48,719 nucleotides of DNA from Klebsiella phage PWKp14. The translations under genes and the position numbers were made by a program. This document shows, piece by piece, positions 19,772 through 29,336 of this stretch; the stretch's first letter is position 1, and every line of letters begins with the position of its first letter. The notes under the pieces are model-generated. The model did no database searches. It was not told the DNA's origin and saw nothing but the letters and a program-made list of their open reading frames with translations. The DNA lies in the sequence record MZ634345.1; one strand, written 5' to 3'.

Positions 19772-21068
19772 CCGCCTCCGTGTTGTTTAAGATCTCTGCA
19801 CTTTGCGTGCTGCCTGAACCAGCGGCGCGATCCGGAAGTTTTTTCTGTTTCGGCGCGTTGCCTTTTAGCTTCAGTTCTGGAATTAACGCCGACAGAGTAT
19901 CACGCGCTTCGTTGGCGTCAATAACCTGGTCGGTAACGAGGCCGCGAGCCGCGTTGGCGTTCTTCTGGAAGATATCCGCTTTCTCCGCATCGGTAGGCAG
20001 CGACAACGGTTCGAACTCGACGCTGTATTCCTCCTCCGTTACGATGAACTGTAACAGGAATTCTAACAGCGGCTTGTAATCGTCATTGCGCTTGCGGTCA
20101 ACCAGTTTGTAGAACGTCTGTAGCGCCGTGTTCTGGCTTGCGCTTACGCCACCAGTATTTTTGTTTTTTAGCACGATCTCGTGAATGCCTGACAGGGCGA
20201 CAATCCGATCCATTTTCGCGGAAAGGAATTCCGGGATGCCTGAAATATCGGAGTTGATAACGGTGTACTCTTCGTCGTCCGCATCAATGCCGATCGTGTT
20301 TCCGACGCCGGAATTAGCATCAACCTGCGCCATGCGCAACCGGGCGGCGTACTCGCCTTCCTTGTCGTCGCAGATTAGCGCCAGGCCTTTCGCCTTCCAA
20401 ACGCCCTGCTGCTTGCGCTTCAGTAGCTGCGTTGCCAGATATTCCGAATAGTCGTAGTCAAGAATCGCTTCAATGATCGACTTATTCAGCACCGAACCAC
20501 CAGCGCCATTATTTAGCTGGCGCACCTTGTTGGTTACTCGCTCGCCGTCGATGTAGTGCATACGGGTATAATGCACCTTGAACGGTTGCCCGCCGTTTAG
20601 CGGCTTCACCTCGTACATTTTAGGCTTTCCGAATCGCGGGCTTCGTGGGCTGGTTTCCTCCTCTGCGACGGAAACGGAATCATGGTCGTAAACAACGATC
20701 GATTCGAGCGGCTTACCCCGCTTCGCTGCTGAAGTCAACGCGCGACCATCGTTAACCATCGCCAGGACGTAGGAGCCACCATACAGCCGCGCCCAGCAAA
20801 GAGCGTCGGTGATTTGCGGCTCCAGATTTAACCCGTCCCATTCTGATTGAAACTTGGTGTTATCTGAAATGCCGTTTAGCTGGAAGCCGGGAGCGACCAT
20901 CTCTTCCGGGATCACGTCAACGATTTTCTTCGCCATGCCGTTTTCATGATAGAACTCTTCAACCTGCGACATTGTTCCAAATCTCGCCGCGATAGACGCG
21001 AGGGTTGACGCATAACCAGCGCCACCATTAAAGATTTGATTATAGTCGTCCATCTTAATGTTATTCAT
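19758..21068 (-). CDS. Portal protein (DUF1073-like)
   Basis: 436 aa; synteny TerL-portal-MuF; LARLYGGSYVLAMVNDG. Confidence 0.87.
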   Translation of the reverse strand: MNNIKMDDYNQIFNGGAGYASTLASIAARFGTMSQVEEFYHENGMAKKIVDVIPEEMVAPGFQLNGISDNTKFQSEWDGLNLEPQITDALCWARLYGGSYVLAMVNDGRALTSAAKRGKPLESIVVYDHDSVSVAEEETSPRSPRFGKPKMYEVKPLNGGQPFKVHYTRMHYIDGERVTNKVRQLNNGAGGSVLNKSIIEAILDYDYSEYLATQLLKRKQQGVWKAKGLALICDDKEGEYAARLRMAQVDANSGVGNTIGIDADDEEYTVINSDISGIPEFLSAKMDRIVALSGIHEIVLKNKNTGGVSASQNTALQTFYKLVDRKRNDDYKPLLEFLLQFIVTEEEYSVEFEPLSLPTDAEKADIFQKNANAARGLVTDQVIDANEARDTLSALIPELKLKGNAPKQKKLPDRAAGSGSTQSAEILNNTEADDES

Positions 21069-21113
21069 ATTTCAACCTTGTTTAAGTGTGGGCCGTCAGG
21101 CCCACATTATGTA

Positions 21114-22715
21114 TTAGCGACCCAGCTTTTTCAATCCCGCAAGGCGTTTCATTCGCTCAACCGGATCGTCGCTCAGGTTCATTTCCAGGTTTGCGGCGTC
21201 AAACACGTTGTCGCAAATATCATCGTGTGGATGAGAATCGTCATATGTAAACGCGCTCATCTCCGCCTCAAGCTCTGCAACGAATGGGTGATTGTCCGGC
21301 AGCACGACACGCCCACCCTTGATGATTGGTTGCGCATCCATTGCGCGAGTGACTTTATCTTTATCGCGCTGCACCGGGACGATCTCGCCCATGCCGTTTA
21401 CCGCCTTCGTTAAATCCTGGATTAGACCCGTACCGCTCGCCTTGTCTTCGATGTAGATCCGGCGAAGGTTTCCACACTCCTTGTTCCGACGCCAGCACTG
21501 CTTGATGAATGCTTCGGCCTGAACGCGGAGATCTGGCGCTTCCCACTTGCCGCGAATTCCATCAATGAAGTAGACGCGATCCCGGTACTTGCCCCAATAG
21601 CACATTACAGAGTAGTCGTTTAGCTCCTTGACCTTCTGCGCGGTGTCCGCCGTGATGAAAGTATATTCGAACTTGTCCGGGCGCGGCTCGTGCGCCTTGT
21701 CGGAATCGCCGTAATAGCGCCACCACTCCGACTTGAACACGTTACCACCCAGGGCGATTGGCTCCTGCTGATACTGCGAAAGGAACGTATAAAGATCGGC
21801 TTCGCGTAGCGCAACCAGGTTCTCGATTGATTCGTTCTCCTCCCAAAATGACCAGTATTCCACGCCGTCAATGACCACCGACGGGCCGGAAAGCACGTCG
21901 CGTTCGAACTCAGGTCGCAACCAGTCAGGGAGTGATTCGCCATATTCCCGCGTTACCATCGCCGGGATAACAATCCGATCGAAGTCGATGGCCATCCCTC
22001 CGCTCATCATGAACCAGGTGGCATCCTGCGCGTGCAATCGCTGCTGCACGGAAAGGATTGGCGTTTCGTCGCCCTTCTTCTTCTTCGCTCGACGGGATCG
22101 AATGGTGTTCTTCAGCAGAACATGGTTTTTCTCACGCTTCACCTTCGAGAACATATCATCCGGTTTGTCGATATCATCCAGCGCGATGAGGCCGCTGAAC
22201 CCTGGCGTCATGTACCCACCACGCTTACCGACGATTTGGCCGCCGGACGAACGGGAGACCATTTCCAGCCTTACGCGGTCGTTATCGTCCATCACCTGAA
22301 ATTCATCGATCTGCTTGCGCCCGAACTTTGATGGCCATAGCTCCTGCCACTCGCTCGATGAGAAGATCTTAATCACGCGATCCGAGTTGCCTTTTGACAG
22401 GGCGTCACCCTGCGAGATCTGAAGGTTTCGAACCTTCCGGCACTTGAGATACGCATACGGCGCGAGGTGGATTGAAAACACCTCCGTCTTCGTGGAGCCT
22501 GGCGCAACGTTAACGATCGTGCTCTTGCGCTTCCCAGCGATAATTTCATCAACCGTGTGGCAAAAGTAGGAGTGATGCCAGTTCCACATTAGCTTTTCGC
22601 CCTGGATGATCTGGAACCAGATCTTCAGGAATAACGAAAAGTTGCGCGTACTCAGCGCCTTAATTGCCAGCTTATCGGCTGGCGACAAGTCTTCCCAAAT
22701 GATCATTTCGTTCAT
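21114..22715 (-). CDS. Terminase large subunit
   Basis: 533 aa; VNVAPGSTKTE (Walker A-like), ALDDI (Walker B), nuclease motifs (TADTAQK, HDDICD). Confidence 0.93.
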   Translation of the reverse strand: MNEMIIWEDLSPADKLAIKALSTRNFSLFLKIWFQIIQGEKLMWNWHHSYFCHTVDEIIAGKRKSTIVNVAPGSTKTEVFSIHLAPYAYLKCRKVRNLQISQGDALSKGNSDRVIKIFSSSEWQELWPSKFGRKQIDEFQVMDDNDRVRLEMVSRSSGGQIVGKRGGYMTPGFSGLIALDDIDKPDDMFSKVKREKNHVLLKNTIRSRRAKKKKGDETPILSVQQRLHAQDATWFMMSGGMAIDFDRIVIPAMVTREYGESLPDWLRPEFERDVLSGPSVVIDGVEYWSFWEENESIENLVALREADLYTFLSQYQQEPIALGGNVFKSEWWRYYGDSDKAHEPRPDKFEYTFITADTAQKVKELNDYSVMCYWGKYRDRVYFIDGIRGKWEAPDLRVQAEAFIKQCWRRNKECGNLRRIYIEDKASGTGLIQDLTKAVNGMGEIVPVQRDKDKVTRAMDAQPIIKGGRVVLPDNHPFVAELEAEMSAFTYDDSHPHDDICDNVFDAANLEMNLSDDPVERMKRLAGLKKLGR

Positions 22716-22724
22716 AGTTGACCC

Positions 22725-23249
22725 TTACAGCTTATCAAGAATATTGGTCACTGCCTGCTCTAACCGCTCTTCGGTGATCTCGTTCTTATCCCCGGCGATA
22801 GCGTCGATGTTCAGCACTGGCGGCTTGTCGATCCCCATCTCTTTACCGACGAAAGAAGCGTTAATCATGCCGACGGCAGCAAGCTGAAATTTCTGCTCAT
22901 AAATCACGGAGTCGATGAACTCCATGACGGGAGCATAGTTGGGGTCGTGGCGGTAGCGTCCAAGCGTTGACTGGTTCACGCCGCAAAACAGGCTTAACCC
23001 TGTGATCGTGAAAATGCGAGGCTTGTTCACTCCCCACTCGTTAACGTCGCCCTGAAACGTTGCCGTTTCCGCAGCCTTGATTGCGTTCTCTTCGGCCCAC
23101 TGGAAGTAACGCTTTGCGATATCAAAAAATTGTTCCGGCGTCATCTCTGCCGTGCGCCCTAGTACCACGCCGAACTCCTTTTCATATAGCGCTTTAAAGT
23201 TGCCTTCGAAGTGCGATTTCGTTACGCGTTTTCTACGTTCTTCAGACAT
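22725..23249 (-). CDS. Terminase small subunit
   Basis: 174 aa with HTH-like region upstream of TerL. Confidence 0.8.
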   Translation of the reverse strand: MSEERRKRVTKSHFEGNFKALYEKEFGVVLGRTAEMTPEQFFDIAKRYFQWAEENAIKAAETATFQGDVNEWGVNKPRIFTITGLSLFCGVNQSTLGRYRHDPNYAPVMEFIDSVIYEQKFQLAAVGMINASFVGKEMGIDKPPVLNIDAIAGDKNEITEERLEQAVTNILDKL

Positions 23250-23298
23250 TTTATACCCTCCTTCTATGTTGATTTGCGAGTATATCAGATCGCGGGCA

Positions 23299-23327
23299 TA
23301 AAAAAACCCGCCGAAGCGGGTTCTTTT
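23299..23327. terminator. Bidirectional terminator at the late/early boundary
   Basis: AAAAAACCCGC-CGAA-GCGGGTTCTTTT. Confidence 0.82.
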
Positions 23328-23328
23328 A

Positions 23329-23592
23329 TCATATCAGTTTGTTTCGCCGATTCAGCGTCTTCTGGAGTTTTACGAAAGGCTCGCAGTCAACATACGGAAG
23401 CGGCGAAAAAGCTATTCGTTTTGCGACACCTTCCGGGTCGCCAACTTTTTCCCAACGTGCTGTTTTCTTGTTGTAGAACATGGCAGCAAAAGTGCCTTCA
23501 TGTACCCGCTTTGAAAGGCGCTCGACAAGATGAGCCGCGCCAACGTGATAGCCTATGAACAGCATTAACAGTGCAATAATCAGAGTTAACAT
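23329..23592 (-). CDS. Small membrane protein, hypothetical
   Basis: 87 aa, N-terminal transmembrane segment (MLTLIIALLMLFIGYHVG). Confidence 0.65.
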   Translation of the reverse strand: MLTLIIALLMLFIGYHVGAAHLVERLSKRVHEGTFAAMFYNKKTARWEKVGDPEGVAKRIAFSPLPYVDCEPFVKLQKTLNRRNKLI

Positions 23593-23780
23593 TGATTGAC
23601 TTCCCTTATGTAGTTGATGTTGATTTTATGCGTATCCAGATTGACGCCGGATTGCTTTTTTGCTTTCTCCACCGCGTCGGCGGTGTCGTTCGCCTCAATC
23701 GTCATGCTAAACTCTTGAATGCAGGACTTGCAAAAGCCGCCCATTTTTCTTGCCGTGAGTATGATCTTATATTGCATCAT
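23586..23780 (-). CDS. Hypothetical small early protein
   Basis: MQYKIILTARKMGGFCKSCIQEFSM...; overlaps the next gene start. Confidence 0.65.
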   Translation of the reverse strand: MMQYKIILTARKMGGFCKSCIQEFSMTIEANDTADAVEKAKKQSGVNLDTHKININYIREVNQC

Positions 23781-23852
23781 AACCCCTTTGTAAATGCCCC
23801 TAAGCGGGGCTAGACTTGCGGATGTTTACCGCCTCTTGTGTCTACGTGGTTC

Positions 23853-23881
23853 AAGTTACCCGGTCAGCGCGAGTACGTCAA
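23853..23881 (-). promoter_or_regulatory. Sigma70-like promoter
   Basis: Minus strand TTGACG-N17-TAACTT. Confidence 0.55.
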
Positions 23882-23908
23882 TAGGTCACTGAATCGTTTG
23901 GCTGTTTT

Positions 23909-24157
23909 TTATTCATACTCGCCATCCCTGCGACCGAAACGGCCCTCCAGGTAGCCAGCTATCCAGATAAACTGGCCGCGAGTAACCAGCGTGTTGATTT
24001 GCGCCCAATGTTTATCGATCATCTTCGCGGCGACCTGATCGTAGGTCTTCTTGTCCTTCTTGATGGCGTCTTTTGTTTCTGCGGCCATCTGCTTTGCTAT
24101 GCGCTTCACGGCATTGTACTGCGCTTCATTCAGTCCGAACATTTGGCCTTCTCCCAT
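23909..24157 (-). CDS. Hypothetical early protein
   Basis: 82 aa; ATG-overlap arrangement with neighbour. Confidence 0.65.
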   Translation of the reverse strand: MGEGQMFGLNEAQYNAVKRIAKQMAAETKDAIKKDKKTYDQVAAKMIDKHWAQINTLVTRGQFIWIAGYLEGRFGRRDGEYE

Positions 24158-24366
24158 TCTACCCAGGTTCCGCGAGCGATGAACACTTCAACACGCAGCG
24201 GACTATTGAAGTTTTTGTAGATGAAGATGAACCCCTTTCTGCTATCCGTCTCCACCTGCGTAACCGGGAACGCCAGCGGCTTGATTGCGTCGACAGACTC
24301 ACTCATACAGATACCCGTAATCGTTGCGCCAATCGGCATATCTTCGACTTTTGAGTATTCAGGCAT
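24130..24366 (-). CDS. Hypothetical early protein
   Basis: 78 aa. Confidence 0.65.
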   Translation of the reverse strand: MPEYSKVEDMPIGATITGICMSESVDAIKPLAFPVTQVETDSRKGFIFIYKNFNSPLRVEVFIARGTWVEWEKAKCSD

Positions 24367-24435
24367 ACAATCGCACTCCTTAAATTTGCGCCCGCCATAA
24401 TGGCTTACAGGCGCTTTAAACGGTATTCGATTTCG

Positions 24436-25011
24436 TTAATTTTTTACGTGGTGGCAAGGCTCGCCATCTTTGACCTCGCCCCACGCCCGGCGCTTGTTCC
24501 GTTCCAGCTTTTCCGCAACCGCTTCAGCCAACTGCTCATCGCTGAATCCGGCGCGGCGGGTTGCGTCCCATACCAACATGATGATATCGGCGAACTCGCT
24601 AATGTCATCCGGCGATTCGGCGGCCTCAATCGCCTCTTTCGCCAGGTGTTTGAGCGGCCCGACTGGCCCAACGTTGCCAAACTGGCGATCTGACCATTCC
24701 GCGTGCTGCGCCCGAATATTGGTGAACGGGTCGGCCTTCACTTCCGGCTCCGCTCGCAGGCATTGAAAATCGCTCCACGTCTTCGGGTTGTGCTGCATCT
24801 CACGCAGGCTCGCTAACGCGCCGTTGATATCCATGCCTTCCGGCCAGTTCACCTTGAACGCTTCAGGCTTGCGGAGATACTCGACAAGTTCGCCACCAAG
24901 AACGGTTTGCTGCCTAATCGCCTGCTCTTTGGTGTCGCAGATGAGGCGGCGCGATTTGCGCCCCTCGTTGGTTCCGATAGTGTAGGTCAGTACCCAAATT
25001 TTGTTGCTCAT
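24436..25011 (-). CDS. dATP/dGTP pyrophosphohydrolase-like (MazG-fold)
   Basis: HLAKEAIEAAESPDDISEFADIIMLVWDATRRAG = EExxE/ExxD-type metal site; start MSNKIWVLTY at 25011 overlaps the upstream stop (ATGA). Confidence 0.75.
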   Translation of the reverse strand: MSNKIWVLTYTIGTNEGRKSRRLICDTKEQAIRQQTVLGGELVEYLRKPEAFKVNWPEGMDINGALASLREMQHNPKTWSDFQCLRAEPEVKADPFTNIRAQHAEWSDRQFGNVGPVGPLKHLAKEAIEAAESPDDISEFADIIMLVWDATRRAGFSDEQLAEAVAEKLERNKRRAWGEVKDGEPCHHVKN

Positions 25012-25220
25012 TCTTCCACAACCTCGCATTCGTCTGCGCTCACACTGATATTGTCACCAGCCTGGATAAATTCGCTATTGCGCGGAGCAATTACGCAGTA
25101 TGAGCCGTCATTGAAGTGGCCGTCGACCTCAAGAACTTCGCCGATTTTGAGGCCGCATTCTTCCAGGGTAATTGAGCCGTCGCCGTTAATAGTGTCTACT
25201 TTGGTGATTTTGATTTTCAT
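25008..25220 (-). CDS. Hypothetical small beta-rich protein
   Basis: 70 aa (MKIKITKVDTINGDGSITLEE...). Confidence 0.65.
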   Translation of the reverse strand: MKIKITKVDTINGDGSITLEECGLKIGEVLEVDGHFNDGSYCVIAPRNSEFIQAGDNISVSADECEVVEE

Positions 25221-25251
25221 TGCTGTAACTCCGTTTCGTTTCGATGGGGTA

Positions 25252-25294
25252 ACTATACCAGCTTACCCCTGATCGGTTTTAGCAATTCGTGCTA
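25252..25294 (-). promoter_or_regulatory. Palindrome promoter module copy 1
   Basis: Minus strand TAGCA-CGAAT-TGCTA, N22, TATAGT, then TACCCCATCGAAACG. Confidence 0.75.
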
Positions 25295-25331
25295 TTTGGC
25301 AGGCAATCCATTTTGGCACCCAAGCGCCATC

Positions 25332-25556
25332 TCACCACTTAAAATTGCGGGAAATGATCACGCTGCCAACGGCGGAAAGTGTAATCCAGGGCCAGCACAA
25401 CACAGGATAAAGATCGTCTTTGTCGGTAGAATCCGCCGATTTCAGGAAGGCCCGCATGAGTAAACAGCCGCACGCATACAGGGCCAGAATAAGAACCGCC
25501 AGGGCAATAATTGCGTAAATCATGATGTTTTTCCTTGTCTTTGGTGGGGTAGCCAT
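25332..25556 (-). CDS. Small membrane protein, hypothetical
   Basis: 74 aa, two hydrophobic segments. Confidence 0.6.
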   Translation of the reverse strand: MATPPKTRKNIMIYAIIALAVLILALYACGCLLMRAFLKSADSTDKDDLYPVLCWPWITLSAVGSVIISRNFKW

Positions 25557-25588
25557 GCAGCAACCCAGGTTAGTGTTTGTGGTTCGTG

Positions 25589-25909
25589 CTATTGCTGGAG
25601 TTTTGCGAAGGCGTCGGCCATCATGCGCAAAACTCGCGCGTGATCTTCAACGTCATAGCCAGGTTCGGTGCGCATGATTTCCCGAATCTTCTCGATCGTG
25701 GCGATAGCCTCCTGAAGTTCACCAGTCAGGAAAGCAACCTGTTTTTCAAGCTCCGCGATTCGTGAGAACGGTTCACGCATAAATGATTCGCACGAGGCAT
25801 CACTCAGCGCCCAATCGATCCCGGCGCGAATAACGGCGTTTAACAGCAGGTCGTCGTCTTTGGCAAAGTTGTCGGACGGGATCAGGTGTATGATTTGTGT
25901 GGTGTTCAT
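25589..25909 (-). CDS. Hypothetical coiled-coil early protein
   Basis: 106 aa from MNTTQIIHLIPSDN. Confidence 0.6.
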   Translation of the reverse strand: MNTTQIIHLIPSDNFAKDDDLLLNAVIRAGIDWALSDASCESFMREPFSRIAELEKQVAFLTGELQEAIATIEKIREIMRTEPGYDVEDHARVLRMMADAFAKLQQ

Positions 25910-25941
25910 GGTTAGGCTCCATCTCTTGTTAGTGCGGGGAT

Positions 25942-25984
25942 AGTATGCACCATCCCCGGACGTTCGTTTTAGCAATTAGTGCTA
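25942..25984 (-). promoter_or_regulatory. Palindrome promoter module copy 2
   Basis: TAGCA-CTAAT-TGCTA, N22, CATACT. Confidence 0.75.
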
Positions 25985-26473
25985 TCAAAGGGCGTCTAAT
26001 TCCGCCTCAATGAATTCGTACCACTCGTGGCCGTTTACGGGATCGTGTTCTGTGCCATGCAGCCAGTCCGTATGGGTGGAACAGAATTCGCCGGATTTGT
26101 TGAAGTAAAAGTCGGCCCATGACCGCGCCCAATCGCCGACGCCAGCGAACGTGCCGAACTTGCGGATGTATGCGTCGGTGTATCCGCGCTGCTTCGCAAT
26201 GCGCTTCAGTGCGCGAACCATCAACTTGCGCTGCGACGCCTTCGATACTTTCCGCAGGTGGAAAAGCGCGTTTTCCGGCTCGCCACCAACGCGGATGGTC
26301 AAATCTTCGTCGGTGTCCAGCGGGTTGACGATGAATTCGTTCAGGTATCCGCCCTGGATTACGTGCACTGTGCCTAGCGGTTCGTGCACCTCGACGGCAT
26401 CGAATACGCAGCCGATAAGGTGGCGTTCACGTTCGCGGGCAACATTGACAACCATAAGTTTGACGGTGTTCAT
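25985..26473 (-). CDS. Hypothetical early protein
   Basis: 162 aa. Confidence 0.65.
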   Translation of the reverse strand: MNTVKLMVVNVARERERHLIGCVFDAVEVHEPLGTVHVIQGGYLNEFIVNPLDTDEDLTIRVGGEPENALFHLRKVSKASQRKLMVRALKRIAKQRGYTDAYIRKFGTFAGVGDWARSWADFYFNKSGEFCSTHTDWLHGTEHDPVNGHEWYEFIEAELDAL

Positions 26474-26691
26474 TAGCGGATCTCCTTCACCTGGTGAACT
26501 TCGAGAAGGTTGGTTACTTCACGGATGCCGCAGTCCTCGAATTCCTCTTCGGCCCCTGCTGCCACCCTTAATCTGGTGAACCCGGCGTCATCGTCGATTG
26601 CGACTTCAATAACCTGCTCGCTCGAAATCTCGATGTATGCGCAGCCGTAGGAATTCAGTTCTTCCAGCAGTGCGATTAAATTGTCGTTCAT
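26473..26691 (-). CDS. Hypothetical early protein
   Basis: 72 aa, stop/start overlap with neighbour. Confidence 0.65.
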   Translation of the reverse strand: MNDNLIALLEELNSYGCAYIEISSEQVIEVAIDDDAGFTRLRVAAGAEEEFEDCGIREVTNLLEVHQVKEIR

Positions 26692-26731
26692 TGCGTTGCT
26701 CCTGATTGGATTGTTTCACTTCAGTAACGCC

Positions 26732-26774
26732 ACTTTATCAAATGACGTTACGGCAGTTTTAACAAAAAGTGCTA
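26732..26774 (-). promoter_or_regulatory. Palindrome promoter module copy 3
   Basis: TAGCA-CTTTT-TGTTA, N22, TAAAGT. Confidence 0.7.
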
Positions 26775-26957
26775 TTCTTTTTCGCCGCTGAACGCTGCCC
26801 GATACCCACGGCGGAACCCGTTAATCTCAGACAGGCGGCATACGCCAATAATCATGCACAGCATTCCGATTGTCTGCCAGCCCACGCTGTCATGCAGGGC
26901 CAGGCCAGCCAGGAAGAAGGCCCAATACAGCGCGAGTTTCTTTTTGCTTACTTTCAT
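26772..26957 (-). CDS. Small membrane protein, hypothetical
   Basis: 61 aa, transmembrane segment. Confidence 0.6.
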   Translation of the reverse strand: MKVSKKKLALYWAFFLAGLALHDSVGWQTIGMLCMIIGVCRLSEINGFRRGYRAAFSGEKE

Positions 26958-27199
26958 ATTTTCACCTCAAACAAAACGTTGTTTTCGTATGGCCTATTGG
27001 CGTACATTGCGATCTTTTCGTCGGGCATACGGCAGGCGGGCCAGAATTCTTCGTCCTCAGTGGTTCCCTGGTCGTCCTGCAAAATCCATACTTCATCAAG
27101 GCCAGGGCCGAACCTGGCGTCATACTCGCGGCCAGGTGTGAAATAGGTGGATAGCGGCGAATAGCCAGCGTGCGTGCAAATTACTTTTACCGTTTCCAT
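26954..27199 (-). CDS. Hypothetical early protein
   Basis: 81 aa; overlaps both neighbours by 1-4 nt. Confidence 0.65.
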   Translation of the reverse strand: METVKVICTHAGYSPLSTYFTPGREYDARFGPGLDEVWILQDDQGTTEDEEFWPACRMPDEKIAMYANRPYENNVLFEVKI

Positions 27200-27501
27200 T
27201 AGTAGATCCCGTTAGTCCAAACGTAGCCGTGTTCGATTATCTCGCGCAGCCTAACCCTTTTCGGCGATGGGTTAACCCCGTCTCCGCCAGTGTAGAACCC
27301 TGTTCCATACGCAAAATGAACCTGCTTTGCGAACAGTCCGCCGCGCGCCTGGATGTAAAGGCGGTTTCGCCTGGCAAAACTTATAAGCGTCCTGATTTGC
27401 TCAAACGGCTCGCCCTTAACCTTCGAGATCTTGCACATTACTGGCTTTTCGCCAAATTGCCCGGTTAAGCAGTGGCGATCGAAGTCTGATAAACGTATCA
27501 T
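27199..27501 (-). CDS. Hypothetical early protein
   Basis: 100 aa. Confidence 0.65.
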   Translation of the reverse strand: MIRLSDFDRHCLTGQFGEKPVMCKISKVKGEPFEQIRTLISFARRNRLYIQARGGLFAKQVHFAYGTGFYTGGDGVNPSPKRVRLREIIEHGYVWTNGIY

Positions 27502-27510
27502 ACAGCCACC

Positions 27511-27882
27511 TCAAAGCTGATTTGCGAAGATATGCCATACGTGATCTTTTGTCGTGCGTTTCATTAGTTTGTGCGCCTTGCGTGCCATGCGCTTATAGTC
27601 GCGGGCGGTAAGTTTCGTTGGGTCGGCAACGAACGATTCTACAATCAACCCCTCGTAATGGTATTCCGGCAGCCATTCCCGATGGGTTCGCCATTCGTTG
27701 AAAGTGGTTAGCGGAAGGACGGAATGCAAGTTACTGTGAAGGTGCTCCCCGCGCTCGCCGTAATGGAAAGCTCCGCGCATTTTGCCATCATTTCCAACGT
27801 GCAAAAGGTGAATGCGGCTTTTCTTGCCTTCGAAGTTGGTTCCGACGATGGCGACGACTGCGTTTTTGACGATCTGCTTCAT
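27511..27882 (-). CDS. Hypothetical early protein
   Basis: 123 aa. Confidence 0.65.
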   Translation of the reverse strand: MKQIVKNAVVAIVGTNFEGKKSRIHLLHVGNDGKMRGAFHYGERGEHLHSNLHSVLPLTTFNEWRTHREWLPEYHYEGLIVESFVADPTKLTARDYKRMARKAHKLMKRTTKDHVWHIFANQL

Positions 27883-27911
27883 GGTAAATCTCCGTTGTTT
27901 GGTATGTGGCC

Positions 27912-27954
27912 ATTATGCCCGATCTGCTGACCGGGCGTTTAGCAAAAAGTGCTA
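27912..27954 (-). promoter_or_regulatory. Palindrome promoter module copy 4
   Basis: TAGCA-CTTTT-TGCTA, N22, CATAAT. Confidence 0.78.
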
Positions 27955-27955
27955 T

Positions 27956-28153
27956 TCAGAAACCGAGCGCCTCACGCTCCAGGCTGGCCAGCGACGGAAA
28001 GCTGAATTTTGTAACGTGGTACGAGCCGCCAATATAGCCGGAAATGCTGATATTGTTGAACTCAACCTCAACACTGACAATCTTCATGTTATTGCTGAAG
28101 GCGTACATTGCAAGCGCTCGGTGCGCCCGCGCCAGGAATTCGAATTGATTCAT
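27956..28153 (-). CDS. Hypothetical early protein
   Basis: 65 aa. Confidence 0.6.
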   Translation of the reverse strand: MNQFEFLARAHRALAMYAFSNNMKIVSVEVEFNNISISGYIGGSYHVTKFSFPSLASLEREALGF

Positions 28154-28425
28154 TTAAAGATCGCCCCTTTGATTTTGTTCCAGAAGGAGAACGGCTGGCG
28201 CTGCGGTTTCAGTTCCACGATATCGTGATCGAAGAATCCGCGATGTTTGCCGCAAAGCAAAGGCTTAACGCCATCCGTCACGAGGTCGCCAATGAAGAAC
28301 CATTTGCCGCCATCCATGAAGTAAAGGCCGACGCATAAGCCGGGCGCGGCATGAGTTGCGGTATCTGGCAGGCTGTATACCTTGCCGCGAGATTTGAATT
28401 GCTGCATTATCCTGTCTCCTTGCAT
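28150..28425 (-). CDS. Hypothetical early protein
   Basis: 91 aa. Confidence 0.6.
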   Translation of the reverse strand: MQGDRIMQQFKSRGKVYSLPDTATHAAPGLCVGLYFMDGGKWFFIGDLVTDGVKPLLCGKHRGFFDHDIVELKPQRQPFSFWNKIKGAIFK

Positions 28426-28453
28426 AATTGGGTCGTTAATCGACTTCGTGATA

Positions 28454-28496
28454 ATTATGCCCGATCCTCTGACCGGGCGTTTAGCAATGCGTGCTA
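28454..28496 (-). promoter_or_regulatory. Palindrome promoter module copy 5
   Basis: TAGCA-CGCAT-TGCTA, N22, CATAAT. Confidence 0.78.
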
Positions 28497-28814
28497 TTTC
28501 AGGCCGCGAAGGTCAATCTTCGATTTTGCCCAATCAGGGAAGCGAGCCATTTCGCCCACCTGAACCATTTTGTTTCCGCCCGGCCCCTTATCCACCCATG
28601 AATCAGGCGAGTAGCTCAGTAGTCGAACATTTTCAACGGTCGACTCATAGGCCCAAATTGAGCCGTCGGCATCAATGGCAACCGTGTTGGCCCAAACTGG
28701 CACGTCAAGCGACTGCATATCGAACGTGCCAGGGATGTTAATCTGGAAGGCTACAACGTGGCGCTGCGTGATGGTGGCCACTACTTGCTCGCCGGATTTA
28801 ACTTCGTGAATCAT
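28494..28814 (-). CDS. Hypothetical early protein
   Basis: 106 aa from MIHEVKSGEQVVATI. Confidence 0.6.
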   Translation of the reverse strand: MIHEVKSGEQVVATITQRHVVAFQINIPGTFDMQSLDVPVWANTVAIDADGSIWAYESTVENVRLLSYSPDSWVDKGPGGNKMVQVGEMARFPDWAKSKIDLRGLK

Positions 28815-28824
28815 TGCGTTCTCC

Positions 28825-29037
28825 TTACAGGAACATTCCAGCCAGGCGCAGGCGGTTGATGATATCGTCACGCTTGACGCGTAGGCCGTCATAGTAGTCT
28901 TCGAGTTGGGGATCCCATGACGGCAGTTCAAGCATTGCTTTCATCTCATCGCAGGCTACTTTAAGCGCGTTGAAGTTCTGCTCGACGGCGCGACGGTGGG
29001 CTGCTGCGTTCAGTTCGTTGTTGTGGTTGCCAATCAT
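28825..29037 (-). CDS. Hypothetical early protein
   Basis: 70 aa from MIGNHNNELNAAAHRR. Confidence 0.6.
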   Translation of the reverse strand: MIGNHNNELNAAAHRRAVEQNFNALKVACDEMKAMLELPSWDPQLEDYYDGLRVKRDDIINRLRLAGMFL

Positions 29038-29065
29038 GTTTTTGCTCCTCTGTTTCGATGGGGTA

Positions 29066-29108
29066 ATAATAACGCATTGCCCCGATCGTGTTTTAGCAAA
29101 ACGTGCTA
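29066..29108 (-). promoter_or_regulatory. Palindrome promoter module copy 6
   Basis: TAGCA-CGTTT-TGCTA, N22, TATTAT, then TACCCCATCGAAAC. Confidence 0.8.
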
Positions 29109-29336
29109 TTCGTGCCTTTTGAACTCGTGAACCCGGTTCCCGCCGGAATGGTCGGAAATATCCACGCGGTCGCAGGTCACGTAAAAGCCGCGAATGACGG
29201 TGAAGCGCCACTTGCCTAACCAGTGGAAGTAAACGCCGTGCTCGCTGCCCTGGACGGCTTTGGTTGATGAGTATGGGATCGGCATCCCGGCGAAGGTGCG
29301 AAGTTTGGTTGTTGCTGAAAATCGTGGCATGGCCAT
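29106..29336 (-). CDS. Hypothetical early protein
   Basis: 76 aa. Confidence 0.55.
   Translation of the reverse strand: MAMPRFSATTKLRTFAGMPIPYSSTKAVQGSEHGVYFHWLGKWRFTVIRGFYVTCDRVDISDHSGGNRVHEFKRHE

Noticed and set aside
24436-25011. MazG-fold dATP/dGTP hydrolase as evidence for a 2-aminoadenine (Z) genome
   Set aside because: No PurZ-like adenylosuccinate synthase, DatZ or dedicated polymerase was seen in the window.
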